Assembly (NCBI GenBank): GCA_048938105.1
Contig: JBHLMN010000004.1
Location: 128,001 to 192,000 of the forward strand
Direction: 5' to 3'
Length of the DNA stretch: 64,000 bases
From: Promethearchaeota archaeon
GTDB lineage: Archaea; Asgardarchaeota; Heimdallarchaeia; Hodarchaeales; Hodarchaeaceae
The stretch's first letter is position 1. Each line of letters starts with the position of its first letter. Positions 29,579 to 39,163 of this stretch are shown here, piece by piece. The notes beneath the pieces were generated by a model. It searched no databases. It was not told the DNA's origin and worked only from the letters and a program-made list of their open reading frames with translations. The translations under genes were made by a program, and so were the position numbers.

Positions 29579-30334
29579 CTAACGAAAGTTGGAACTTCCC
29601 CCTTTTTTCCTACCCAGTGTGATTGGAATCTCTCTTCCTGTTGACATATAGAGGTATATGATAGACAACATAAGACTGATCAAAAGAAGTATCCATCCTA
29701 ATAAAAGGTTTAAGGGAGAAATATCAATGAAGAGTGCACCAGGAGTCAATAAAATCAAACTAAAAATATTGCTTGCGATAATTGAAGCAAGTATTTCACG
29801 GTTTTTCGGCACAAAAAAGATCCAGATGAAATTATTAATTAGAAGAATGGTCCAAGGAGTCCTTGTTCGAAAAATTATCAAAATTATAGAACAAATGGCT
29901 ATTAAGATGCATATTATTCCTAAAGGGAATAGAAGTGATTGCAGAAAAAAAAAGCCTAAAACAAAAAAAAAGGTCCACCAAGCACCAAGGAGGATTTCAG
30001 TAGGATTCAATCTCGAAAAGCCTAGGTAGATTTCTGAAAAGATTGAGGATTTTGATTCTGTTGCTAGATCAAGTAAGAGAGCTGATCTCCTTCCTAGTGG
30101 TGTAAGCAGATATTTCCCTTCAAGATCTTTCTTAATTAAATGTGCTTTAGATAATAATGAGAGATGATAAGCGACATTAGATGAGGCTGGGAGGTTTAAT
30201 CTTTCAAGAAAGTCAGAATAAGGAGTAGTTTGTTTTTTATGCAATATTCGGATAATTTCTCGACGAATTTCATGGTTCAATGCTTTGAGAACTTCAGTAA
30301 TGTCGCTCTCAGATTCAGAATCCATTGTTGTCAT
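29579..30334 (-). CDS. ArsR-like HTH regulator fused to a C-terminal multi-TM domain
   Basis: LKALNHEIRREII...SSNVAYHLSLL...YLLTPLG, followed by about 5 TMs. Confidence 0.85.
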   Translation of the reverse strand: MTTMDSESESDITEVLKALNHEIRREIIRILHKKQTTPYSDFLERLNLPASSNVAYHLSLLSKAHLIKKDLEGKYLLTPLGRRSALLLDLATESKSSIFSEIYLGFSRLNPTEILLGAWWTFFFVLGFFFLQSLLFPLGIICILIAICSIILIIFRTRTPWTILLINNFIWIFFVPKNREILASIIASNIFSLILLTPGALFIDISPLNLLLGWILLLISLMLSIIYLYMSTGREIPITLGRKKGGSSNFR

Positions 30335-30422
30335 CCCAATATAATTCTGGCTTTTAATCGTTTATGTTTGTTAGTATTCCTCTACCAAGCTCATAAGATT
30401 GTCCAATTAATGATTTGACTTC

Positions 30423-30887
30423 TTAATTTAATCCTAGACCTTCTTCTGGTAACCACTCTGGCCAACCAACTATCCATTCAGGTATAAAGGCTTCTTTTAC
30501 GCGATCACAAACAGGGAAATAGGCCTTTAAGTCTAAAACTGGAGTTTCATCTAATGCATCGATGTTTTGAATTTTAACATTGCCTTCCTCATGGTTTACC
30601 TCTAAAATTTTCGCTGTTGTTAATGCGATCGGATTAGGTCGATATTCCGCACGGGTAGCAAAGACACCAGTTTTTGGGGGATTTTCTCCATAAGGGGGTA
30701 CACAATCTAACCTATTGCGGTGTTCTTCGTTATCGACTTTATTTGCCCACCAAAGTACCTGGACATGGCTGAAATGTTGCAGTTGTTTAAGAGCAGGTAT
30801 AAATTTCTTTATAATTTCGATATGAATATCTTCGTTTATCCTTTTAATATAACCAATGGGAAAAATAGTGAATGTTGGATTGTCCAT
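30423..30887 (-). CDS. tsaA: TrmO/TsaA-family SAM-binding protein (tRNA m6t6A37 methyltransferase-like)
   Basis: PIGYI, LQHFSH, GVFATRAEYRPNPIALT, IDALDETPVLDLKAY. Confidence 0.85.
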   Translation of the reverse strand: MDNPTFTIFPIGYIKRINEDIHIEIIKKFIPALKQLQHFSHVQVLWWANKVDNEEHRNRLDCVPPYGENPPKTGVFATRAEYRPNPIALTTAKILEVNHEEGNVKIQNIDALDETPVLDLKAYFPVCDRVKEAFIPEWIVGWPEWLPEEGLGLN

Positions 30888-31152
30888 AATGTTATTCTCC
30901 TTATTTTATTATTGAAGTTAGTATTTTCCTATTAAAAATTGCTGGAAAGTGACAAATAAATACACATAAATAGGTAATTACAGGTGTAATTCATCTATAA
31001 TTAAAAGTAATGAATCTGGCATGAATGGTGAAATTTGACGATTAAGATACAATGATTTTCAATAACTGTATAAGAAGTTGAAACGTGTAATCAGGAGTTC
31101 TATTTCTTGCCAAAAAGTTTACTCGTCCACTAGAAATTTGGAGATATTATAA

Positions 31153-33759
31153 ATGGAAAGTAAAAAACTAATATATTCAGGCATCATGGTAATAGGTTTA
31201 TTTCTTACATCCTTTTCTCTTCTAAACACAGTTCATCATGAAACTCTGATAAATGAAAATTCACATCTAAAGGTATCCCAGTCCAGTGTTAATTTCATAC
31301 AAAATGGTGATTTTGAATCAGGAACTAACGATAGCTGGACTGCAAATCTAACTCGCCCTACCATAGCTTATTCTTACGGAGTTAAAGATACTTATCCACA
31401 TGCTGGAACTTATTCTTATCATATCTATGGATTTAGTGATTCAAGGACTGGGGAATTACGAGGATTTATACTGGAAGTCAGCCAAAATATAACTTTAACT
31501 AATCCTCCTGACTTTAATATTAGTGGATATATGTATGTAAATCAATGCTATAGTGCCGAATACGGTGCATGGGCATGCATCTTTATTAAATATTATAATA
31601 ACGAGAACAATATACTTGGAAGGATAAATTACCGATTTGCTAGTGTATATGAGGATAGAATCCTTCCATGGGTCTCAGGTTCTGTTATTCCTTTGTATAA
31701 TAAGTTGAAAACCTGGTTGGAGTTTAACCGGAATATTTCATACGATTTTATTAATATTATTGGTGGTGACCCACAAGAAGTCACACAAATAGAACTGGGT
31801 TTTTTTGTCTACGCAGCTGATGGTTCACAATCAGGAGCAGGCGATATTGGTTATTGTGAGGTCTATTTCGATGATTGGGTTATTGAATATGTTCCCGCTC
31901 CTAGTGAGGAATGGATAAATCCATTTTCAATCTCTAGTTCAGCTGATGGTAATACAAGGTTTGTAATTACACCAGATATAGATGGAGATGGTATGGAAGA
32001 TATCCTTGTCAATATAAATGATGCTGGTGAGATTTATCTCAATGCCTATAGTTGGAATGGCACATTGCTCTGGAATAAATCTGATTGTCATTACTCACGA
32101 ATAACAGGAGCTGGGGGAAATTTAGTCATTGGACGTTTCGCGGGATGGAATGCTTGGTGGAATCCTGTCTCTTTTGATGACAATGGTGACGGTTTGGAAG
32201 ATATTCTGATCCATTTTGAAAATGGTACAGCAGGCGCGCTTTCAGGGAAGGATGGTACTTTCCTCTGGAAAGTTGATTTGTTTACACCGAGTGGAACCTA
32301 TCTCCAAGAATTAATCCCAGATATTACTGGTGATGGGAAACCTGAAGTGGTAGTAACTTCGAGTCGTGGAACTGGTTCAATGGATGGATATATCGGGGTC
32401 ATGAATTCTGCTACGAAAGAACTACTTTGGTCTATTGGACAGATTGGAATATCTAGTGATTATAACGTGAGAATAGAAGTTATACCCGATGTAAACGGTA
32501 ATGGAACCTGGGATATTATGTACTTCGGCTATTATGTTTATGACGTTAGGTGTGTTGATGGGTTGACGGGGAATCAGCTTTGGGTTCATAATATAGGTGG
32601 TGGGGACTGTTTAGGAGGAGTACGACGGGTTCCAGACTTAAACGGTGATGGAATTTTTGAAGCTGTTATTGCACCTCAAGCTGCTAATTTTCAGGTTATA
32701 TTTGGTAATAATGGGTCTGAGTATTGGGCTTCGGGTTACACACAATGGGCCCGCTACCCTACCCCGTTCATTACAGAAGAAGGTTATCCATTTGTAGCTT
32801 TTGATGATGAGAGAACAGCTGGTGCGATATGTGATATTAGAGTATTGGATCTTTCTTTGAAAAAAGAAATTGGAGTAAAAGTCATGCCAAAAGGAAGCTT
32901 TTTCACATTTATGGATAATCCTATCCCTTATCAGCCTGATTACCACATTTGTAAAGAAGTCTCTTTACGTAAAGTCGATATTTTCTATATTGCTAATTAC
33001 ACAAAACCGATAACGACCTTACCTTACACTTGGGATTGGGTAACACCTTACTATGGAGATTTCTCAGGTTCAAAACGCTGTTTAGTAACAGTAAATAAGT
33101 CACATATCGGATTTTTCACTCTCTCTCTTCCTGAAGCACCTTCATTACCTACTACCACCACTATTGCTACGACATCATATACTACTACCACTGCCACTAC
33201 TACGGCACCATATACTACTACCACTACGACTACTACGGCACCATATACTACTACCACTACGACGCCATATACCACTACTACTACTACTACTACGGAACCA
33301 TATACTACCACAACGCAGCTACTCCCATCAGCACCAAGTAGACCATTAAATCTACAAGCATCAATAGATGATAATCAAGTGAAGCTGGTGTGGCAAAAAC
33401 CCCTGAATGATGGTGCAGGGATTACGGACTTATTTATTGTTCTAGATTATAATGTTTATCGAGGATCGCAGAGTGGTGGCCCATACGCTTTAATTGGCAG
33501 TACGACTACTTTAAATTATGTAGACAAGAATGTGGTTAGTGATACAACCTATTATTATGTCGTGACTGCAGAAAATGATTTTGGTGAAAGTGAAAATTCC
33601 AATGAAGTCACTATAGCTATTCCAGGTGTAACCACAAGTTCTTCTGGTAAAACTTCAACTCCAGCAATTTCTCCATCTTTTCCAATATATATTGTGTTTT
33701 TGTCTATTTTCCTACTTACAGTTCTACTTAGAAGGAAAAAAAAGAAAGAATTCTATTAA
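31153..33759 (+). CDS. Cell-surface adhesin-like protein: CBM-like N domain, FG-GAP/PQQ-like beta-propeller, Thr-rich stalk, FN3 domain, C-terminal anchor
   Basis: Signal peptide; NGDFESG (CBM4/9-like start); five DxxGDGxxD/E loops; PYTTTT repeats; APSRPLNL...YYYVVTAEN (FN3); SPSF-TM-RRKKKK. Confidence 0.85.
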   Translation: MESKKLIYSGIMVIGLFLTSFSLLNTVHHETLINENSHLKVSQSSVNFIQNGDFESGTNDSWTANLTRPTIAYSYGVKDTYPHAGTYSYHIYGFSDSRTGELRGFILEVSQNITLTNPPDFNISGYMYVNQCYSAEYGAWACIFIKYYNNENNILGRINYRFASVYEDRILPWVSGSVIPLYNKLKTWLEFNRNISYDFINIIGGDPQEVTQIELGFFVYAADGSQSGAGDIGYCEVYFDDWVIEYVPAPSEEWINPFSISSSADGNTRFVITPDIDGDGMEDILVNINDAGEIYLNAYSWNGTLLWNKSDCHYSRITGAGGNLVIGRFAGWNAWWNPVSFDDNGDGLEDILIHFENGTAGALSGKDGTFLWKVDLFTPSGTYLQELIPDITGDGKPEVVVTSSRGTGSMDGYIGVMNSATKELLWSIGQIGISSDYNVRIEVIPDVNGNGTWDIMYFGYYVYDVRCVDGLTGNQLWVHNIGGGDCLGGVRRVPDLNGDGIFEAVIAPQAANFQVIFGNNGSEYWASGYTQWARYPTPFITEEGYPFVAFDDERTAGAICDIRVLDLSLKKEIGVKVMPKGSFFTFMDNPIPYQPDYHICKEVSLRKVDIFYIANYTKPITTLPYTWDWVTPYYGDFSGSKRCLVTVNKSHIGFFTLSLPEAPSLPTTTTIATTSYTTTTATTTAPYTTTTTTTTAPYTTTTTTPYTTTTTTTTEPYTTTTQLLPSAPSRPLNLQASIDDNQVKLVWQKPLNDGAGITDLFIVLDYNVYRGSQSGGPYALIGSTTTLNYVDKNVVSDTTYYYVVTAENDFGESENSNEVTIAIPGVTTSSSGKTSTPAISPSFPIYIVFLSIFLLTVLLRRKKKKEFY
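33151..33315 (+). repeat. Low-complexity tandem repeat encoding a (P/S)YTTTT... stalk
   Basis: Five imperfect units beginning CATATAC(T/C)AC, mostly 33 bp with one shorter unit, built from ACT/ACC/ACG codons. Confidence 0.9.
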
Positions 33760-33827
33760 AATCCATCGAACTTTGCACTGAAGATCGATAAAATGGTAGT
33801 ATTTCACATTCTACAATGTGATACGTT

Positions 33828-34175
33828 ATGCAAATAATCAAGAATTATACGTTTGGGACTATTCAGATTAACAACAAATCTTTCTCCAATGATGTAATAA
33901 TCTTTCCTGAAGAAGTTTTACCTAATTGGTGGCGAATAAAAGGCCATCTCTTGCATCTGGAGGATTTACAAGAGATTATTAAACGGAAGCCAAAAGTCCT
34001 TATTATCGGGACTGGATATAATGGAGTAATGAAAGTTCCAATGAATCTTACATCACATCTAGAAAAACTGGGCATTAAAACAATCGTAAAGAATAGTAGG
34101 GAGGCAGTAAATGAGTATAATACATTGGTGAAAAGGAATGAAAATGTAGCTGCCGCTTTACACCTGACCTGTTAA
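33828..34175 (+). CDS. Mth938-like (DUF498/AAMDC) protein
   Basis: YTFGTIQIN, DVIIFP, WWRIKGH, LIIGTG, AAALHLTC. Confidence 0.9.
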   Translation: MQIIKNYTFGTIQINNKSFSNDVIIFPEEVLPNWWRIKGHLLHLEDLQEIIKRKPKVLIIGTGYNGVMKVPMNLTSHLEKLGIKTIVKNSREAVNEYNTLVKRNENVAAALHLTC

Positions 34176-34291
34176 TAACAAACTATCCTTGGTATAGCTC
34201 CCAGTCCAATGAAAACCATGTCTGGACAAAATCCCTGCAAGTCTAGTAATTTATTTCTACTACCAAAGATGCTTTTTACTTAGGGAAAGTT

Positions 34292-35563
34292 TTGACCAAT
34301 AACTCAATAAGAGTTCCTTTAGAATACCTATCCAACGAGCAAACCATTTCAAAGAACAAGAGATCCATTATTTACAGTATAGCAATCGGTAAAGATATCG
34401 GAAATTCTATTGGAGCCTTGTATGCTCAAATATATGCAGTATTCATTAATGCTACCCCATTTTTATTATCGATCATAACAAGTATGCGAAATCTAATTCA
34501 ATTAGCTGTTCAATCTCCTTTTGGACGCTTGATTGATAAATTCGGAAGAAAACCTTTTCTTGTTTTAGGATTATTTATTTCTGCCCTTATGAGTTTTATT
34601 TATCCACTCATAACAGATCCCTTGGTGTTTCTTGGTGCAATGATAATTTATTCTCTTGCATTTAGTATATTCACTCCTTCATGGATCGCGATTCTGGGTG
34701 ACTCCTCTAGGGAAGGCATGAGGGGATCATATATCGGAAAAATTACTACTGTTAGTGTAATTTTTACAATGTGTGCATTACTAATAACTGGATGGGTGGT
34801 TCCTTTAATTAATGTCGATTATGCCCAACAATACGGCATTATTTTTCGTATAGGAGCCTTAGGGTTCTTTTTTGCAGGATTTGTTGCTCTTTTCATGACT
34901 GAAACTGCACCTAAATCAAACCAACTTGTTTCTCATTCGAAAAGAGAATCCAGCTTACAAAATTTTTTGAAACCATTAAATGAAAATCCAACATTTCAAC
35001 GCTTTGTTCTTGTAAGTGCAATTATGGATTTTAGCATGTCTCTGGGATGGCCACTCTTTGGGTTCATAAGAGAGAGGTATTCATCTCCTACAGAATATTC
35101 ACTCATGTGGGCAGCATTCATGGGTTGTCAGGTATGTTCTCTGATAATCGGAGGATATTTTATTGACAGGTACGGTAAGCGTAGGGGCTTTTGGGGCAGA
35201 CGAGTGATGTTTTTAATTCCCCTAGTCCTTTTCTTTGCTAGAAATTGGGTTGAATTAACTTTAGCTAATATCATAGGTGGTATTGGATATGGTTTATACT
35301 TTATAACAACAAATGCATATATAATAGATTCTGCTCCTGAAGAATCTAAAGGTAACTATATAGGTGCATATCAATTAATCATGGGATTGGTCACCTTTAT
35401 TGGCTCCATCTCCATGGGGATAACTACTGAATTATTAATGGGGTTTATTGGTAAGTGGGAGGCCATTTATGCAATGGTCTTAGTGGTTATATTAATGCGT
35501 TTTATTGGTGGGGTGGCTTTCTTTTTTATAGATGAACCCAAGAAACCTGAGTTATTCAATTAA
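34292..35563 (+). CDS. MFS transporter
   Basis: Motif A GRLIDKFGRK and second-half GYFIDRYGKR, 12 TM. Confidence 0.9.
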   Translation: MTNNSIRVPLEYLSNEQTISKNKRSIIYSIAIGKDIGNSIGALYAQIYAVFINATPFLLSIITSMRNLIQLAVQSPFGRLIDKFGRKPFLVLGLFISALMSFIYPLITDPLVFLGAMIIYSLAFSIFTPSWIAILGDSSREGMRGSYIGKITTVSVIFTMCALLITGWVVPLINVDYAQQYGIIFRIGALGFFFAGFVALFMTETAPKSNQLVSHSKRESSLQNFLKPLNENPTFQRFVLVSAIMDFSMSLGWPLFGFIRERYSSPTEYSLMWAAFMGCQVCSLIIGGYFIDRYGKRRGFWGRRVMFLIPLVLFFARNWVELTLANIIGGIGYGLYFITTNAYIIDSAPEESKGNYIGAYQLIMGLVTFIGSISMGITTELLMGFIGKWEAIYAMVLVVILMRFIGGVAFFFIDEPKKPELFN

Positions 35564-35571
35564 GTAAATCC

Positions 35572-36594
35572 TTATCTATTTGCCTGAATGATTACTATAC
35601 CATCATCATGGATTTGTACCAAGACATTTTGAAATCCGATTTGAATGAGGAGGGTTGTAACTTCGTCAATGGTAGAAATCTTAAAGCCAGGGACTTCTAA
35701 TGATGATGAAAAGGCATTTAGAAACCAAAAGATAGAAGGATTACTCTCTGCATGCATTATCCAAGCACCTTGTTCATTAGTATTGGAAACAATAACGAAA
35801 CGTCCTCCTTCATTCAATGAATTCCACAGTTTTTGAAAAAGTTCCTTTCGATATATCCCTATATCGCATTCAAGGATTAAATCAAAACCAGTTGGGAGAT
35901 CATCTTGCATAAAATTTGCCGCATGAAATGTGATACGTTCTGTAATTGCAGTTTCATCTGCGATCTCCTTACCAACACGACAAACGTTTTCAATATCTAC
36001 GACTACAGCATTGAGTTTTGTATAACGTTTCAAAAGCGCTAATGATATTATCCCTGAACCACCGCCAAGATCCATCAATCTATTTACGTTCGTCATATCC
36101 AAGATTTTTACTAGTTTATCTGCTAAGGGCTTGTGAAGCTCGTAAAGCATCCGTGTGAAGCGTTTAGCACGCTTTGGATCCTCTGTCATCTTAGAAATAT
36201 AATCTGGAGGATTCAAACCTTGAGCTTCCCACACTGAATTGGGATGTGAGATAGTTAATGGCAAATCGTTGATAGTTGGATAACCTTCACGTGTTTCCTG
36301 AGCCATAAATGACCAAGCTTCTGAAGAATAAGCCTCCAGGATGGCATTGTGTGCGTTGATGGAGGGAGCGAATTTTCCACCTTTTTGTTCAAGTAATCCT
36401 AATTTAGTTAGTAGCAATAACCAGTAATGGCATCTGTTGTAAGGAATATTGAAAATTTGAGATATATCTTTAACTTCTAACGGATCTTTTGCAAGGTGCC
36501 AGAATAAATCCAGTTCTAGAGCTGTAGCGACTGCAGCTGACGCATAATACATCCTCAGGAGATATTCTACATCCTGAGTGGTTTTAGGTTGCAT
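35572..36594 (-). CDS. SAM-dependent O-methyltransferase (dimerisation + Methyltransf_2)
   Basis: ALELDLF N-terminal dimerisation domain, MDLGGGSG, RITFHAANFM, LNEGGR. Confidence 0.9.
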   Translation of the reverse strand: MQPKTTQDVEYLLRMYYASAAVATALELDLFWHLAKDPLEVKDISQIFNIPYNRCHYWLLLLTKLGLLEQKGGKFAPSINAHNAILEAYSSEAWSFMAQETREGYPTINDLPLTISHPNSVWEAQGLNPPDYISKMTEDPKRAKRFTRMLYELHKPLADKLVKILDMTNVNRLMDLGGGSGIISLALLKRYTKLNAVVVDIENVCRVGKEIADETAITERITFHAANFMQDDLPTGFDLILECDIGIYRKELFQKLWNSLNEGGRFVIVSNTNEQGAWIMHAESNPSIFWFLNAFSSSLEVPGFKISTIDEVTTLLIQIGFQNVLVQIHDDGIVIIQANR

Positions 36595-36717
36595 TTATGA
36601 GATCAAATCCTTTAGAGTCAAAACTCTTTTCATTATTTAAGATATTCAGACAAAAATCCTATTGGACCAATTTAGGCAAATTTCCACTGCTTTAAAAAGG
36701 ATTACCTTTCAAGAGGA

Positions 36718-37245
36718 CTAGTCATTATTGAATAATCTATCCTGTGGAATAAAGACGGAGTAACCTCCTTGAGTATGGACCTTTCTTAATTTAAAAACAC
36801 TGTAGCCTAAACCATAACACAAGACTTTTGGTTTTGGTTTAATTCTGATGAATGTCATTGATTCTTGATCCCCTTGTTGTAGTTCACTAATTATCAGCTT
36901 AAGAATACGTTTTTTCGTGAAGATTTCATGAATCTCTGGAACATCTACAGCAATGAAATCAGCTTTACCAGTTAAGGTGACTGTTGATGATGGAGCAAAA
37001 CGGATAAAATAGTGTGGAAATGGAATAAGGAATGAAACATTTGGATTTCTTTTTAGATTTCGAGCTTTTTGATATTTTTTAGATGTTAAAAGATATAATA
37101 CAAATTTACGGGAAGGTTGTGAAACTCCATATAGAATACCTGTAGTATGGGGTGTTCCATCCTTATTGATTGTTGTTAAGATTCCAAATGTCTTCTTTCT
37201 AATCATCTCTTCAACGAAAGAAAATGAAAAATGTTGTTTCTTCAT
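36718..37245 (-). CDS. Pyridoxamine 5'-phosphate oxidase-like FMN/F420-binding protein
   Basis: GILTTINKDGTPH and KARNLKRNPNVS split-barrel motifs. Confidence 0.85.
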   Translation of the reverse strand: MKKQHFSFSFVEEMIRKKTFGILTTINKDGTPHTTGILYGVSQPSRKFVLYLLTSKKYQKARNLKRNPNVSFLIPFPHYFIRFAPSSTVTLTGKADFIAVDVPEIHEIFTKKRILKLIISELQQGDQESMTFIRIKPKPKVLCYGLGYSVFKLRKVHTQGGYSVFIPQDRLFNND

Positions 37246-37308
37246 AACTTGTCTTTATTATAAAACGAAATTTAAACTTCACTTTTTACATTATGTTGGG
37301 AATCAACT

Positions 37309-38469
37309 ATGGCAAAAGAACTTCTAACGATGCTTGAAAATTCCTACGCTCAAAGACTTCTAGAGGAAATGATTCGTATTAATTCAATAGTAGGCCAAGA
37401 GAGTGAAATGGCTGATTATCTAAAGAATGAACTTAACGCTCTTGGTTTGCAGTGTGAAATGGATGAGATTGAACCAAGTAGACCTAATGTCTATGCGAGA
37501 TTAGAAGGTGATAAGCCTGGTAAAAGACTCAACTTTAATGGCCATACTGATACAATTCCAATTGTAGATGGATGGGAGACAGATCCCTTTAATCCTCTAG
37601 TAAAAGAGGGAAAATTATATGGTCTAGGGGCCTGTGATATGAAAGCGGGTATAGCGTGCATTCTGAATATGATAAGAGCGTTTGTAGAATCTGGTCACCC
37701 CTTCAACGGAGAGTTATCATTTTCAGGAGTAATTGATGAAGAAGCGTATGGAAAAGGAGCTAAAGCAATGTTAAAAACAGATTTTTCAAAGGTAGATGCT
37801 ATTGTTCTTGCAGAGCCTTATCCTGGAGATGAAGTAAAACCCATTCCCCTTGGGATTACCGGGAAAATTCTGTACGATATTTCTGTGAAGGGAAAAGCAG
37901 CTCATGGTTTTCGCCCTCACCTAGGTATTAATGCCATTGAAGAGTTGGGGAAGATCCTAGCGAACCTGGACAATCTCAACTTCAAAGAACACCCAAATTT
38001 CGGAAGAGGGAACTATTGTACCTTGAAAATTGAAGGTGGATATGAAATTTATTCTGTAGTAGTGCCTGCTCTCGCTCGAATGGAAATTAATAGACTACTT
38101 GTTCCAGGAGAGACTGTTCAAACCGCAATAGAAGATATGGAGAGATTAATCAAGGGTCTCGACCTTGCAGCTAAAGTAGAGGTCAAAACAAAACCTCCTC
38201 AATATGAAGCATATATTATAGACAAAAATGAACCGATAATTCAGATTTTTGATGCGATCTATAGAGAAATTATGGGGAAAGCACCTCATTATGATTATAC
38301 TTCAGGTATAACTGACGCAAATATTTTCGCAGGAGAAGCAGGTATTCCCTGTCTCCATTTAGGTCCAAATCAAGAATGTGCTCACCAAAAAAATGAATAT
38401 GTAAATTTAAATTGGTTGGAACCTTTATCACAGATGTATACTCTCATTGCAGCCAGATTTCTTAAATGA
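37309..38469 (+). CDS. M20 family metallopeptidase/deacylase (ArgE/DapE-like)
   Basis: NGHTDT, YGLGACDMKAG, DEE, GKAAHG, TDA, AHQKNE. Confidence 0.92.
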   Translation: MAKELLTMLENSYAQRLLEEMIRINSIVGQESEMADYLKNELNALGLQCEMDEIEPSRPNVYARLEGDKPGKRLNFNGHTDTIPIVDGWETDPFNPLVKEGKLYGLGACDMKAGIACILNMIRAFVESGHPFNGELSFSGVIDEEAYGKGAKAMLKTDFSKVDAIVLAEPYPGDEVKPIPLGITGKILYDISVKGKAAHGFRPHLGINAIEELGKILANLDNLNFKEHPNFGRGNYCTLKIEGGYEIYSVVVPALARMEINRLLVPGETVQTAIEDMERLIKGLDLAAKVEVKTKPPQYEAYIIDKNEPIIQIFDAIYREIMGKAPHYDYTSGITDANIFAGEAGIPCLHLGPNQECAHQKNEYVNLNWLEPLSQMYTLIAARFLK

Positions 38470-38514
38470 GAAGATCACTTTTCATGAGAGCTCTTCATTC
38501 CCCTTTTAGGATGA

Positions 38515-38991
38515 TCATAAATATTCTCTGTTACTGGTACCTGATTGTAAATAGTACCAATGATCCATTTCATCAAGCCAGACATAGACATTACTGGGTT
38601 GTTCTCCCCATCCAAATTGCGAATAATGAGAAAAATCTTTTCTTAGGAGGTTTGCCCGATGAGATGCATGATATTGAGGAAATCCAAGCCAATGTGGGAA
38701 GGTTATTTGTTTCTCTTCGAGGTTGAATAACTGCATATTGTTGTTATATCCTCGTTCTATCCATTCAAGAATGCTCATGTTATGATATAATTTCAAGGCT
38801 GGAACATAATTCCTCCACATATGCACACAGGGATGATTCTTCCATCCCTTATACGGTTTACCATCTTTGCGAGATTGTCCTTCTATCGCTTTTATGATTG
38901 TTAAAGCTTCAATTCGTTGTTTTCCAAGTCGTTTCCAATCTAGTACTTGAAACGATTTCTTGAAATCAGAGAAGGGTAGAAAAGTTTGCAT
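38515..38991 (-). CDS. MSMEG_6728-family / pyrimidine-dimer DNA glycosylase-like protein
   Basis: MQTFLP, LDWKRLGKQRIEA, GWKNHP..MW, HASHRANLLRKD, YVW. Confidence 0.85.
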   Translation of the reverse strand: MQTFLPFSDFKKSFQVLDWKRLGKQRIEALTIIKAIEGQSRKDGKPYKGWKNHPCVHMWRNYVPALKLYHNMSILEWIERGYNNNMQLFNLEEKQITFPHWLGFPQYHASHRANLLRKDFSHYSQFGWGEQPSNVYVWLDEMDHWYYLQSGTSNREYL

Positions 38992-39163
38992 ATATCATTC
39001 AAAATGAATATTTGTGAACATACAGAAAAAGATTTAGGTTATTTTTTCGTAATTACTTCTATAAATGCCTATATGGAGACTTTCATATAATTTAGAGTAT
39101 CCTGCGATTATTAAAGGCATTATTATTTACATTACTCCCCCTATAACTTCTTTCTGTAAAGAT

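Noticed and set aside
29658-30029. 123-aa Lys/Ile-rich plus-strand ORF
   Set aside because: It is the antisense shadow of the TM region of the ArsR-TM gene.
33151-33315. Possible CRISPR array
   Set aside because: The repeats are contiguous, in-frame and coding, with no unique spacers and no cas genes.
33051-33349. Val-rich minus-strand ORF and LRHHILL-repeat plus-strand ORF
   Set aside because: Both are shadow frames of the Thr-rich repeat in the adhesin.
38466-38726. 86-aa plus-strand ORF overlapping the M20 stop
   Set aside because: It is antisense to the well-supported MSMEG_6728-family gene.
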